Assembly (NCBI GenBank): GCA_016748015.1
Contig: JAAOMT010000776.1
Coordinates: forward strand, 124,001 to 188,000
Reading direction: 5' to 3'
Origin: Geosiphon pyriformis uo1
Taxonomy: Eukaryota > Fungi > Glomeromycota
Length of the DNA stretch: 64,000 nt
Part shown: in pieces, positions 27,207-42,527 of the stretch
Layout of the letters: the number at the start of each line of letters is the position of its first letter
Position numbering within the stretch: position 1 is the stretch's first letter
Notes under the pieces: generated by a model
What the model saw: the letters and a program-made list of their open reading frames with translations, nothing else
What the model was told of the DNA's origin: nothing
Database searches by the model: none
Made by a program: the position numbers and the translations under genes

Positions 27207-30200
27207 TGTTATTTAAGTAAAAAAGCCAATTTAAAAGCTATTAAAAAAATGTGATAATACAAAATAACATAAAATAATATATAATAATTCAGGATAATAC
27301 AAGATAATACACAATAATATAAAATAATACAAAAAAATTAATTATAATATAAAGTAACTAGTTATAATGTAAAATAAAAAAGCAATAACAAAAATAGTAA
27401 ATAATAGCTAATAATAATAAACAATCAAAAGCAATTTTGTAAAATTAAAAAATATGTATAAAAACAAGTAGTTTTAGCAAATAGAAAAAAAAACACAAGA
27501 CAAAAACTTTTTTTTTAAATAATATCTTATTTCTAAACTTAAAAAAAATCTTTTTATCTTATTTTTTCTATATTTTTTTACTATTTATTTAATAAAATAT
27601 TATTCAATTTTATTGTATATAATCTCAAAATTTGTATTGTTATAATTAAATTAATCATATTTTTTATCTTTATTTCAGATCAGATATTATTAGCATAAAC
27701 AACTTTAAAATTCTAATAACTTAAATTAATCATTTTTAATTATAACAATTAATAATATTAATTTCTTTTTTTTCTTTTTTTTTCTTATTTTTTTTTTCTT
27801 GATTTTTTTTTTGGTAAAGCAGTAATATTAAAAAAATCAACTGTCTGAAAATAAACTTTGTAATAATCTGATAAAAAAAAAGCTCTCTTTAAGTTTGAAT
27901 ATTAATTTTATCTTGTTAGTTTATCAAAAAAATAAAAAGACAACACCAAATTTTAGTAACTGTGCTTAATTAGCTAAAAAAATAGCTTATATATACTAAA
28001 CTACAGACAATTAAACCACCTTTTTGTGTTTTATAACCAAAAAATTCTACAAATAAATTTATATTTATTAAAAATTTTTAAAGACTAATAATTTTGATTT
28101 ATTACTTGTGTAAACAAAAAAAAACTTCTCAAGTTTTTTTACTCAAATAGAGAGCACTAAATATTACTATCTTATTTTATCAAGTTTATTTATAATATTT
28201 GGTGCTCTTTATAAAATTATAAAATTCATAAAAACAAAAAACCCCAAAAATTTACAAAAATAGTAATTAATAAAACTATAGAAAAAGATTACTTGTTATT
28301 TAAAAAAGTATTATATTATTATTTTAGGGAAGACTTAAAAATACCAACAAAAACTGTTATTGTCAAACGTAATTTTATTTATTATGTACATATTAAAATT
28401 GACTATTTATTAAACTAAACAATAAATATAAAAAAACTTGAAAAACAAATTTACCAAAAATTATTAACCTATTTTATATTAACTACTATAAAAGCCATAA
28501 TTAAAATTTTTTTCTTAGTTAACAAAGAAATTGAAATATATACTCAAAAACAATACTTTCAGTTAAAAAAAAACATTGAAATCTGACTCTAAAGAATTTA
28601 AATTTAACTCTAATAATAATTTACAAACTATACAAAAAAGAGCTCTATTTATAATTAATAAAAAATTAAGGTTTTTCTTATCAATAACTTTTTTTCTATT
28701 ATCAAACTTTAGAAAGCAGAGTTTTACTTAATTAATCTACCAAATCACAATTAAAAACTTTAAAGACTTTTAAAAATCTGTATTTATAAGATTTTAATCA
28801 AAATTTTTGGATTAAATCTTTAAAAAAATATGAATCTTTGTTTAAAAATTTTATATTAACAACCAGTAACTTAGGTGAAAACACTTTTTTATGAGCACCA
28901 CTTTTAGCTTGACCACTAATTAAATCAACAACTATTTTTTTAGAAAAAACATTTGTATTATAACTTATTAAATTAACTAATAAAGAAAAACAATCTATTT
29001 TAAAACTAACAAAGCAATCAAACATATCTCTGTTAACATTTTTTTGTTCATATCTAAACAAACTTCTATTATTCAAATCATAATTTACAGAAATATTATT
29101 AGACTGAAAATTTTTTTATAAAAGAAAACAATATATATATATAAATTATAAAAGCTAAAAAAGCAATTAGAACCAATAATTAAGATAAAACCAGAACAAT
29201 CCAAGTCCTACTTTTTTTTAACAGAATTGCAGACTTATGATACCAAAGTTTTAATAAAAACCAACTGATTTTGCCATTTTTAAACTTGTTTTTTTACAGT
29301 ATTTTTGTGATTTAAATATGTTTATTAGACTACAAAATCAATTTAATATAATAAAACAGAAAAATTATAAAGCTGTAACCACTTATTTTAAAAAATTTAA
29401 TCAACCTTTTTGCCAAATTTAAGTAATCAAAAAAGACTATTACATTTCAGATCAAATTTTTAACCAATTTATTAAGAAATTAAAGAGCAGTATCTTTTAA
29501 TCTATTAAACTCTAATATCCAGATAGCTTGTAAGTAATTTTTATTTGTAATTTTAAATTTGCAGAACAGAAAAGCAATTATATTCAAACCATTAATTTGG
29601 CCATTGTTACTTATAAAAATTAGGAATTATAATAATAGGTAAAATAACCAATTATAAATAAATATAATAAAAAAAAGAATTGCAGAATTCCCAAATTTTT
29701 TTTAAAAAAATCGAAGAATTTTAAGGAATCTCATATAACATAAATTATGTATATATAATAAGAGTTTTAAAAACAAAAAAAATAATTATAGAATTCAATT
29801 CAGTTCAGAACACAATACTTCTTTTTTTAAAAGATAGTTTCTATAAATTAAAATAAAATTATTTTTATATTAATAAAATTATTTATTATTATTCAATCCA
29901 TATTATTATTACTTAATTAAAAAAATATTAATCCATTCCACTCTATTAATATTCCATATTGATAGAATTTAATACTTAACTACACTAAACTAATAGCTCT
30001 TAATTATAATTATTAACAGAATACTAATTTTTTATTTTTTATTTTTTTTTCTTTTATTTTTTTTATTTTATTTTTTAGTTGTTTACTAATTGATTAAAAA
30101 AATTAAGTGCTAAGTATTTAACATTAAGAATAATCTGGTAAAAGACCTAAAAACAAGAGTAGAAAACTTAAGAATAATTTATCAGAAGAGCATAACTGTT

Positions 30201-33200
30201 AAAATAAACTAGTTATCATACTAAAAAAAAAATTCACAGAAAAAACTATCAATTGAATCTCTGTTTATTATACAAAAAACTCAACCAAAATCTTCAGAGA
30301 TTATTAACATTATTAGCTATTGAGCACCAAGTTACAAGTTTGTTATTTGTATTAATACTCCAAATAATTATATATAGCATTATAAACAAAACATCAGATA
30401 TTAACATAAAACTTAATTAAATAAAAAATTGATTCAGAAAATTAAAAAATTCTTAGCAGAAAATTTTAGAACTTATTAATTATCACAATATAAAAAAAAT
30501 ACTAATAATTATTAATAACAGTAATACTATTAACAACAACAATAATTCTAAAAACAAAATTTTTGTAATTACTACTATTGTTAAAAGTTTAAACATATTA
30601 CAAAAGATTGTTACAAAAAAATTTCAAATCAGAACTATAAAACCAATATCAACAACAATTCAGATATTTTCAATTTATGTAATTGTAATATTTAGTATTT
30701 TCATATTAACAATTTTTATACTTACTCTAACTATCACCAAATTATTATTAATTTTTACTAGCAATATTATAAACACTACCTTAGTACCAAGTTCTACTAT
30801 ACAACAATTCAAGACCATAAGTTATTAATTACAATCAAACATAACAAAACAATAGTAGAAATTAGATATAACCTCTTAGTAAGCCAACTTAATCTATAAA
30901 TTATAGCAATCTACTATTTTAAGCAATCTTAACAAAATATCCAAACCAAGTCTTATTTTTTAGTTTTATAGAAACTCTGAATTTTAATAATACTATATCT
31001 TTGGAAGAAAAAACTATAGTTGGAATCACCAATTTTTTTTTAACAATCAGATTACTATTATTATAATTTCTTTTGCTATAATTACAAAAGATAACATACT
31101 TGCTGTTATATTTCTATTTAATATTGATATTTTAAACAGCATTAATCTTTTTAGTAAAGCTGCTATAAACTAAAATAAATTGATTATGACAATATATACC
31201 AATACTAAAATAAGATAAATAAACATTAAATTAATACTTGATAGTAGATTAGCAGACAGCATAATTACAAAACAGCTTATAAATTAACTAGATTATTAAG
31301 TAGATTATGCAACTATTATTAGAATAATTATTACAAATAGAAATACCAAAATAATAATAAGAAAGATCAACAATTTTTTATTTAAAATCTACAAAATCAA
31401 AATTCTAATTAAAGAACTTATAATAAAAGCCACTTAGTATCAAACTCTTATGAAAATAATTGGTTAACTAAAGCTCATATTATACTTAACTGCAACACCC
31501 AAAAATTTCAGATTATTTTTAACAAACAACATACTAAAATACTTGTTATATATGAATATTTCAGAACTGTAATCTCAGAACAACCTCTAATAGAATCTAA
31601 AAAACTTACTCTTTAGCCAACTTTGAAAACTTGTTAAGTTTTTTGAATTAACAACTTCAGAATAGAGTTACCACTACCTTTTACATAAAAAAAAAGCAAA
31701 AAAAGAGTTAATAAAAAACTTTAAACATTATAATCAGTTTATTTAACTCTAAATCAAAAAAATCAACTATATCAATTTTCAAAATTAATTTGTGTTAATT
31801 GTGAAAAAAAGTTATCTTCAATAAGTATATAGATTAAAGATAATAAAGTATGGCCAACTGCTACCAGATACTATTGCTGATCTTATATACTAAAACAATT
31901 TAAATGATCAAAATAACAAGACAAATAAGACAATAAACCATGTCTTATATATTGCAAAATTTTATTAAATAAAAAACTATGGAATAATATTTTTAATAAA
32001 AATAAAACATATAACAAATTCTATTAGTATACTATTCTAATCAATAACTAGATTCAAAAAAAAACTTTATTTACTGCAGTTTATAGTCAAATAATAAACT
32101 AATTAAATTTATATCTTTATAATAAAGAAAAAATTTGGAAAATAGCCACCACAAAATAAAAAAATACTATAATTAAAAAAATACATATTATAAAAATGCT
32201 TCAATAATTATTAAAAAATAAATAATCTATTTATAAATGATTTCAAAGTATTCTAAGACCAATATTAAGAATTTGTTCTTATTTAAAAAGAATAAAAACA
32301 AAGACTAATCAACCTTAATACAAAATTGTATAATTATTATTTAATCTTTTGTTATTTTCAATATTGTAATAAGTGTAATCTCTTATTTAATTTAACTTTA
32401 CAAACATTTTACCTTATTTTTAAACTCGAAAAACTTAAGGAAAAGTATGCTTTAGCAACAAAAAACACAATATTTCAAGAGTCAAATATAATTAATAAAA
32501 TAGAATAATACCTTGCTTATTTTGATCTTTTTAAAAAATTAGAGCTGAAATAATACAATAACAATAATAAAAAAATATGCTCTGAAAAAACACATGTAAA
32601 TAATATTAAATTTAATTTAAAATATCTAAGACAATTCTTTATAATTATAATACTTTATTCTCTTATAAAAATAAATTTCAAATTAGCTTTAAAAATTTTT
32701 ATTAGCACCATAATTCAAATTGCATTTTAGTTTAGTCTTGCAAACAAAAAAATTAATGTTAAAAAAAATAATTAATGTTAGATATATTGAAAATATAATT
32801 ATAATTCTTTAAAACAATTTTAATAAATCTTATATAATTGAATTACAAAAAAAAATTGCACAAGCCATTTTTCTATTTTTTATAAAAATTTTTCAACTGA
32901 TTTCCATAATCACATGTAAAGAATTAAGTTTTATCATTCAAAGAATCCAAAAATTTGGATCAAGTAAAAAAAAATATACAAGTCAATTTTGTAGAAAATA
33001 CCAATAATCAGATAGAATTTATTTATACCAATACAGTTATTTTTATTTCTCTGTATTGACAGTACATTTTGAAGATTAATTAAAAAATTCAGAACCAAGT
33101 TCTACTATTCAAAGCAGCTTTAAAAATTTGTTTTTTAGCCAATATTTCTAATTTGTATATACTTGTCAAAGCTTACAAACATTTCAAAATTTTTATTCAC

Positions 33201-35433
33201 AACTTCGCTAAAAACATTATTGGAATTTCTGAAGAGACTTTTATTGGGTTTATTTCTATAAACATTCAAAATTTTGAAAAACTCCAATTTATTTTTGACT
33301 TTGCACAACTATTTTTATTTTGTAATATTACTTTACAAATATAGAATTTGCTAAAAAAAAAGCTATCTATTTATTATAGAAAAAATTGATAAACTAAGCT
33401 TGAAAAACTTAAATATCTTATAAAAAATGTAACTCAAGATTTTTTTGAACTAATATGCCAATATTTTTGCTAACAAAAATAAATTTGAACACACTAATAT
33501 TGTAAGACATAAAATCAATACTGGTAATACCAGATTTATTAAATAACAAGTCTATTAAATAATTTTAAATAACAACAACTTAATTAAACAAGAAATACAA
33601 CAAATATTAGATAATAGATTAATCAAAAAAATGCCAAATCTCTGGTTCTTACTTATTATGTTGGTTATCAAAAAGAATGAAAAAATCTATTTTGTGTAAA
33701 CTATTAAAAACTAATTACCCAACTTCTCTTATTTAGAAAATTTTGGATAATTAGAAAATAAAAAATAGTTTTTATTTTTAAATCTTATTAATAGATATTG
33801 ACAAGTTAGAATAAATTTCTTAAACCAAAAAAAATGATATTTACTACCCAAAATAGAAATTTTAAATTTAATATAATGCTTTTTAAACTTTATAATACTT
33901 TAACTATCTTTTAATATTTAATAAATATTGTATACAAAAAAAAATTTTGGAAAACAGTTATAGTATATTTAAATAATACTAATGTATTTTCCAAAATCTT
34001 TGATAACAATTTGTTCTACTTTTAATAAGTTTTCAATTGCTTATAAAATACAAAACTAAAACTTAACTCTAATAAATATTTCTTTGAAAAAACTAAACTA
34101 AAATTCTTAAAACATATAATTGACAAATATAGAATAAAACCAGATTTTAACAAAGTTCAGAAAATAAAAAAATTTCTGGTTCCAACTAATTTGCAAGAAC
34201 TAAAAAAATTTCTAAGATTAACAGAATACTATTGCCAATTTATTAAAAACTTCTTTAACATTACCAAATCTTTTTATTACTTATTATCAAAACATATTTT
34301 ATATATATAGAAACTAATTAACAAAATATTTTTGACTATTTCAAACAACAATTTATTAAAGCTCTAATTTTGATTTATCTAAACTTTAATAAGCACTTTA
34401 TTATGACTACAGATACTTTAAAAAATGCATTAAAAACTATCTTATCACAAATTAAACTAAATAATTAAGAATATCCAATTGTATATACTAGTTGTAGCAC
34501 TAGTGCTGCTGAAAAAATATATAGTACTATTGATTTAAAATGTTTTACCATTTACTGAACTGTACAAAACTAAAAAAATTACTTTTACCAATCATTTAAC
34601 TTATATACAAATCATAAAAAACTAATTTGGTTACTTAATAAATTATAACTTAAAAAAAAGTATACAAAATAAAATACTTATTTGCAGCAATTTTTATACA
34701 AAATATATTATAAAAAAGAAGCCAAAAACACCAATACTAATAGTTTGTCAAAAATAACTTAAATTTAATTACAAACCAATAAACACAATCACTTACTAAT
34801 AATTATATTAATATTTATTAACACTTCAATTTAAAAAAAAATTATTTTAACAAAACAAAGTGTATTATAAAAACAAGCTTAAACCTATTTTTTGCATAAT
34901 AACCAATTATATTGTTAAAAATGTTGAAATTATTATATATCTCAATGAATTATAAAAAATACTAAAAAAAATCATCTTATTTAATATGTACTTTAACAAA
35001 AAAGCTATCTTAAAAAGAACAATTAATTTATACTATTGGCTTATAATATATAAAAATATATTTAAATATGTCTATAATTATAACTTTTGCCAAAAAAAAA
35101 AAGAACCAAAACAACAAACCACTTTAATTTATTTTAGTTAAAAATTTATTTGATAGAATTAAAATTGATTTGGTTGGACTTTTCTTTATTATCTCCAAAA
35201 AAAATTGTTATATCACTATAGTTGTATATTATCTTATTAAATAGCCAGAAATTAAAGCTATTTAAGTAATAAACACTAAAACAGTAGTTAAATTTGTATA
35301 TTAAGATCTGATTTGCTGAAATAAATGCTTAAAAAAATTATTATCTGACCAAAAAACTCATTTTATCAATAGTATACTTACTAAACTAAGCTAATAATTT
35401 AGAATAAAATGACTATTATTATTATCATATTAC
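27207..35433 (+). mobile_element. Decayed Ty3/Gypsy element G, 3' truncated
   Basis: 5' LTR-B 27207-28197; PBS TGGTGCTC at 28200; gag; protease LILDS (31230); Cys-rich region; dUTPase (32575-32965); RT VYLNN from YLDD (33960); RNase H (34380-34760); integrase 34780-35433. Confidence 0.88.
29605..30379 (+). repeat. Solo LTR family A inserted in gag of element G
   Basis: TGTTAC...TAGCA termini; probable TSD ccat/ttat. Confidence 0.8.
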
Positions 35434-35435
35434 TT

Positions 35436-36110
35436 TTAAACAAATAGACTAGTAGTTATTATCATTAAGTAGCCAAAACTAAAGCTGTTATTATTGTAAA
35501 ATTCCAAAATATTGAAAATAAGACTACAAAAAATTACAATAAGATTAATAAAACAGAAATAATTAATATTATTTTTTACTACAACAATCTTACTACTAGT
35601 CTTTCTTACAAACTTATTATTTTCTAAGATTTTAATATTAAAACAACTATTATCAGTTTGTTTTACAACCAATACAACAACAATATTAGTAACTTTTACC
35701 AGTTTAACAATATCAATTATCACTTACACAATAATACCAAGTACTTACTTAAAGATTAATTTAACAAAACCAATTCACACCACAAAATCAATTTTCAAAC
35801 AATAACAAAATTAATTCCAATAATCAATTAGTTCCTAATAATAAAATTCAACAAAGATCTAATTATTTCTACATCTAACTTGACTATTTAACAATGCCTA
35901 AAAAATTGGATTTTTATCAAACTGCATTTTCTGAAAGTAAAATTACAATACCAAGACAAAATTTTTTTAACAACAATTATATTATTTTACTAATTAAAAT
36001 TGCCAAAAATGCTAATTTTTTTGATATTTTTTATTTGAATTTGAAAAAAATAAATAACTATTTTTGCTTAATAATACAGCAATTAATAAATAAAAAGCAA
36101 TTAGCTTAAT
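35436..36110 (+). mobile_element. Gypsy gag C-terminal fragment from another element
   Basis: Homologous to 3200-3700 (reverse); abuts the truncated integrase of G. Confidence 0.55.
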
Positions 36111-36114
36111 TAAT

Positions 36115-39100
36115 AGTTGTTTTTTTGGAAAAGCTTTAAAATAATTGCAGATGGCAAATGCTTAATTATGCTGATTACTAAAGATTAGCTAGAGTTTTTA
36201 GGTGTTTTAGTTGAATATAATATTGGTTTTAGACAGTTAATCATTACTAATAAGAGTTTAATATTGCATAGCTTTTATAACAAAAACTTTAATTAGCATA
36301 GTAATGCTATTAACTTTGAATAAAAAGTTATTAATTTTGTCAATAAAAGTTTTGATTACTTTATTAATAATAATAATTTTGGCACTAACAACATAATCAA
36401 CTTAACAATCTAATTAGTCTATAAGTTATCTGATAATAATATTGTCTGCTAACCTACTATCAAAAATAAATTTGATAGATTGGCCATTAACTTTAATATC
36501 AGTATACATAATAATAATTGGTTTAGTGTCAAAAACAGCTTTACTAAATAACAATATGTTTACTGAGTTTTTTAACTTAAAGAGAAATATAGTGACTAGT
36601 AATTTATTTTTAATAATAGTTGCTAATAGAATATTGTTAATAAGTAATTTGTTGTTGGTTTTTAATGAGTTGAGTGTTGTAATTTTTAGAGTTACCAAGA
36701 GACTTAAATAGTTCTGAAAATTTGGGTTTTGTGTATATTTATTTTCTGAATTTTTTAAGCAAAATTTTAATGATTGGTTGAATAAACTAATATATATCTA
36801 TTAACAATCTTCAATTTTATTAGATGTAAATAATTTTTGATCTTTAATTTCTATTGGAAACTTGAACTAAAATTTGGAATAATAGTTGAATTTGTTAAAG
36901 TTGATAAATTATCTGCAGTTACAGTAGTTAATAGATTACTGATATTGAAATTTAATAGATTAAAAGTATATATATTGGTTATTATATCATTGGTGTATAT
37001 TGAAGTTAATATTGGTATAGTTCTGATAATATATTATTGGTGTAGTTTAAGATTTGAAATCTGTAATTAGAGTTTTAATATTGATTTCCTGATTATTAAT
37101 TACTTAATTTTGCTTTATAATCTATTTTTAAGTATTTTTGTTTACTATAGTAGTGGCAAATACACATTTTTTGCTACTATTGTTAAGTTGCTAGAGCTAA
37201 TAATAATGAATATAACTAATTTTAAAACCAATTAAAAGTTTTTTAATAGTTATAGTATTGAGAAAATTAATAAATTGTCTAATTGTTAGCTAAGTATCTC
37301 TCAATTTTCTGATTAATTGTTTTATCAAATTGCTTTAACTTGGTATCCAGTTTAAATAATTCATTTATCATTAGATTTATAACTTAAGCATAGTTGATTT
37401 TAAGTTTAGCTAATTCAAAATCTTTAGTGTATATAACTGTATCTTAGAGAGTATTTAGATATAATAACCATATTTGTTACAAAAAACCACTGTATAATTT
37501 GTGAATAAACTGATTCAAAATCTGTAAAACTGTAAAGTAGTTAGCATTAATTGCTTAAATTTAGTGCAGATTTCTATGGAAGCATTTCAAATAAGTTGTA
37601 ATTGCTTCAGTATTACTTTGCTTAATTGTAATAAAACTAGTTAATAAATAATTAATGCTATTATAATTACTAAAATACTATGAAAATGCAGTTTTAAACA
37701 TGTTAAAATTTTGGAGTTTGTTTACAAAATTCTGGTACCATAAGTCAATTATATTTTGTAAAAAGTAGAGAATTGCTAAAGAGCTCTGGTGTTATTTTAT
37801 TTATTGGCTGTAATAATTTTTGCCATATTATTCAACTAAACTTGGGCATTGTCTTCTTTGCCAATAAATTTTTTTAATTTAACAATTGATACATATGTTA
37901 TTAATACTAGTAATTGTTGTTATAATTATGAAAAAATAACAATTAATATAACTGGTAGTAAATTGATCTAGATAACTGGGTTTTACTGAATTTGAATAAT
38001 TGGAGTTTGATTTTTGGATTATTTGGAATCAGGTTTTAATTATTAATTTTCTGATCATTATTTTTTTTTCTTCTGATTCAGTTTTTATCTAATTATTAAT
38101 AGATCCGAAATTTGGTTGAGGTTGCAATAATCAAAGTTCTAATAATGTTGCTGGTCATAACTTAAATTCTTTAAAATAATTGTCATAAGTTTTTAATAAT
38201 TTAGATTTTTTTTAATTGCTTTAAAATAAGATTCTTGTAATAATTGGTTTTATTATAGATAATGACACAAATTCTGATAATATATTAATAATATTTTTTA
38301 GTGTATAATAGTATAATGAATATATTGGAAAAACAACTTTGAGTTTCTTTTAGTTAAGCAGTTATAGTGTTTTAGATGTGTTTGCTAGTTTTTGTCTTTG
38401 TTTGTAAATTTAATTGAAAATTTTTGCTAAGTGTATTTTTCAATTTTGTGATCAATTTTAGTAATAATTGTAACAAAATATAATTCAGTAGTAAGCTAAT
38501 GTATTAAAGTAATTTGTTGTAGAAATTTTTTCTTATTAATTCAGAATCTGTTTGTTTTTTTAGAAAATATACAATTTTCTTATTAACATAGAAATTAATA
38601 GTTAATTTGGTTAAAAAATAGTTGTTGGTTAATTTTAACTGTTGTTAATAATAATGATTTCTAAAAGATTTGTAATCTGAAGATTTTGGTTGAGCTTTTT
38701 ATATAATAGACAAAAATTTAATTTGATAGGTTTTTTTCAATTTTTGTTTTTAGTATGGTAACCAGTTTAATCTAACAGTTATGCTTTTTGGTAAGCTATC
38801 CTTAAATTTTCTACTCTTGTTTTATGAGCTTTTTACCAAGCTATCTTTGATGTTAATTACTCAATACTTAATCTTTGAATTAATTAATAAACAACAAAAA
38901 AAATAAATAAAAAAAATAAGAAATTAGTATTCCATCAATAGCTATAATCAAAAACTATTAGTCTAATGTAGTTAAATATTAAATTCTATTAATATGAATT
39001 ATTAATAATGTAAAAGTGATTAATATTTCTTAATCAAATAATAAGAACATAAATTAAATGATAATAAATATTTTTATTAATATAAATATAATTCTATTTT

Positions 39101-39117
39101 AAATTATAGAAAACTAT
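36115..39117 (-). mobile_element. Decayed Gypsy element H fragment (partial LTR-A, gag, zinc knuckle, protease)
   Basis: Partial LTR 38650-39117; knuckle CHYYSKQ..LKIDY (~37150); protease FIFDSRLAD (~36460); colinear with 48900-51480. Confidence 0.8.
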
Positions 39118-39202
39118 TATTACAATTGAAATCCATAGTTTTATTAGTTATTACATGTATTAACTACTAATATTATATAATTAACCACTCTATTTTTAGA
39201 TA

Positions 39203-41641
39203 TATTTTTTTGTTAATATGTACCTACACTGATTGTTTATTAGTTATGTCCACAAAATTGTAACACTTTTATAAAGCCAGCTTATCCAATAATACAAAAA
39301 TTACAAGATGCAGCTAATCACAAGTGAAAAGCTCTAACTACATGCTAATACTATCTTTGCTACCTAATGTATTAAACAAATCTAATTTATATATCTTACT
39401 TATAATGCTAACAAGTTCATAATTATTCTTAACAAGACCATTCATCTATTTAACAATCTAATCAGGATCAGATTTGATACTAAAGAGTTGATCTTTCCAT
39501 AAATATATTATAACATCAAAGATGTCATTATAAACTAAGAAATTTTTATCATTATTATCATTATTATTATTTATATTATTATTATCAGATATTTTTTCTA
39601 AGCAAGTCTGTTCACACTTCTTTTTTAGATTTACTATTCTTTTCTGTATTATAGAAGTCACAGCATCAATAGCTTTAATTTGCTTAGCCAATCTAACCAC
39701 ATTCTTTTTTATTAATACATTCATAACAGGTAGAGTAAACAGCAATTTGGTAATTAATACAACCAGAGAGTTAACAGGTTTAACTAAAAATTTTATCAGC
39801 AAAAAAAGTTCACTAAAATAAAATTCCAAAAAAGCCAATCTAAATTCAACAGCATTATTGAGAATAGAAAAAACAACAAACAACATAAGTGTTAGAGTTT
39901 TGAGAAGATTACCAAGAGCTAAGTTCATATTAATAGCAGCAACAGCAACACAAAAAACCACAAAAGCAATAGCTTTGGCATAAGATTTAGATTCAGTAAA
40001 TAAAAATTTGAAAACTTTAAGACCACCAGCAGAGTTGAAAAAAAAATTGAGAGAAAAAAGTGACAACACCTTGTAGTTTACAGCCAAATGATTCAAGTTT
40101 TGACATTTGTAATAATGGCAACATCCAGAAGTTTCTCATTAAATATGGCAATTATACAAGATACCAGTTTTTAACACAACAATATTCAAAGATTCTAAGA
40201 AATCAAAGATAATCACAGCAAAGCATTAATATTGGTATGATTTAAGAAAATAGAGAATAAAACATGTTTGGCCATTAACTTGAAAAACCAACTCACTTAT
40301 TTCAAAGGCAGTATAGCCAAAGAAAAGATTGACCAACTTAGCTTTAAAAACATCTCTTGAAGTAATAACTTCTTTTTGATTAACAATAAAAAAATCTTAA
40401 TATTGTCTTTTTTAATTAGAACAGATTAGTAAATAAGAGCAATAAAAGCAATAACAGCAGAAAAAGAAGTGTCTTTGAATTAAATTACAGCATATTGCTA
40501 TAGGTCAGCAGGCTTTAACTTAATAGAAGTAACAACACCAAAAATGTCAAAAGCAGCTTTGATGTTATTAGAAAAAATACTTAAAGGTATATTATAAAGT
40601 ACAACTAACAGAAAAGAAAAAGAAACAGAGGCTATACCAAAAAATTGTGCAATCTTAAGAATGGTCAAAAAAACTTTATTACTAATAATCACTTTAATAG
40701 CACTATTTAAACTCTCTTGAAATACAAATTCCATACAGAACAACTTAACAGCATCTTGTAAAACTGATTTAAGCCCAATAAAACCAGACAACAACTAAAA
40801 CAAAGAATTAAGCAAAGCCATTTTGATCTTAAATATAGTACCAGGCATTAGAATAGAGACCATTTATTCAAAAAATCTTTAATAACTATTCACATTTACC
40901 CAAGTATTACCATTAGCAGCACTAAAAATTAAAGAAGAAGTAGTTGATTCTATCTTTATCTGATCAGTTCAATTTTTAAGATTATTTGGAGTAATAGACT
41001 GTTTTACTTCTAAGACAGATAATAATCTGCTGAAAAGTACCATATTAAGCAATATAGTCAGTAGTTAATCTTGTCTTATTTTGAGAAATGTGTTGTTGCT
41101 GTTATTATCTATATTAAGAAGAAGATTGGCTAATGCTGTAAAGATTTTTTCCAAGATTTCATTTGAAACCACAAAAAAATTTGGTGTTACCAAAGCAGTT
41201 GTAAGTACTTGCTGCTGTTTTTTGAATTTTTTGGCTTTTTTAGCCATTTGTAAAGCAGTAATAGTAATAGTAGTAGTAATAATAGTAATAGGAGTAATAA
41301 GAGCAAAAAAAACCAACTTGTTGACTGGTCTGTTATTAAAAATCTTTGGGTTTTTAGAAGTAGTAGAGACAACACTAGGATTAACTTGAGTGTGTTTTTT
41401 TAAAGAAATTTTGACAAAAAAAGAACCACTAGCCAAAAATAAAAAAAATACACCAGAAGTTGCTAAAGACAGCTTTTTACTAATATTTTTAAAGGAAATA
41501 TAGCCAAAACATTTTGTCTAGCTGCTTGAGACCCTTTCATGTTAAAACTTTATTAGTTACTGTAAGAAAAATAATATTTACAACTTTTTTACTCTTAGCT
41601 CTTATCATAATTATAAAAAATAGAAAAGAAAAATTTTTTTT
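39203..41641 (-). mobile_element. ORF1-only non-autonomous retroposon (copy 2, full length)
   Basis: Poly(A) tail reads as a T-run at 39205; ~18-bp degenerate TSD (accactctatttttagata / acaactcttatttttaaata); single decayed ORF1-like frame. Confidence 0.85.
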
Positions 41642-42527
41642 ACAACTCTTATTTTTAAATAGTAATCATTAATCTAATCAATAACCTAACTATTAACTTG
41701 ATTATTGATCTAATTATTAACCTGATTGTTGACTACTTTTAATAACCATATAAGTAATAAATCTCTTAGCTGTAGAAATATCAATATAACAAATAATTAA
41801 AAATAAATAAAATAACAACTATCATATTAATTTTTCTTATATTACTTATTTTTTTTTCTTTACTTTTAAGTATCTGAATATCTTAGAATAAAAAATTATT
41901 TTTTGGTATTTATCTACCATTTTTCTAACTTATATAATTGTAGTATTTAAAGATTATTAAATAAAATATTGTTTTGGTTGAAAATCATATTTTTTATTAG
42001 TTATTACATATATTAGTTACTAATATTATATAATTAACCACTCTATTTTTAGATAATAATTATTAACCTAATCATTAATTTAGTTGTTGACTTAGTTTTT
42101 AACTATTTTCAATAGCTATATAAGTAATAAATCTCTTAACTATAGAAAAACATGATCAAAGTAACAAAATAAAACCCACTATCAATTATTTCTTCTTATA
42201 TTGCTTATTCTCTTTTTCTTATTTTTAAGTATTTGAACATCTTGAAATAAAAGATTACTTGTTGGTATTCATATATCTTAACTTTTTTTCTTTTTAATTT
42301 GTATTGTTAGAATTAGCTTAAAAAGCAATTGCTTGTTTTTGTAATTTATTAAATAAAAAAATGATTGAAAAGCACAATAATATCTGTTATTGATTTTAAG
42401 ATTTATTGAGTTGAAGCATAGAATAATAGCAGTGGTATTATCTTGTTGACAATCACAAAATATTTCTCTACCTTCAAATTTCTAGAAAAAAATTGTAACT
42501 GTAATTTTTATAAGACTAATTACATAT

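Noticed and set aside
41970-42271. Separate ~300 bp Copia-like LTR
   Set aside because: It is the 5' portion of the ~680 bp element-E family LTR, which continues to 42527 and 52649
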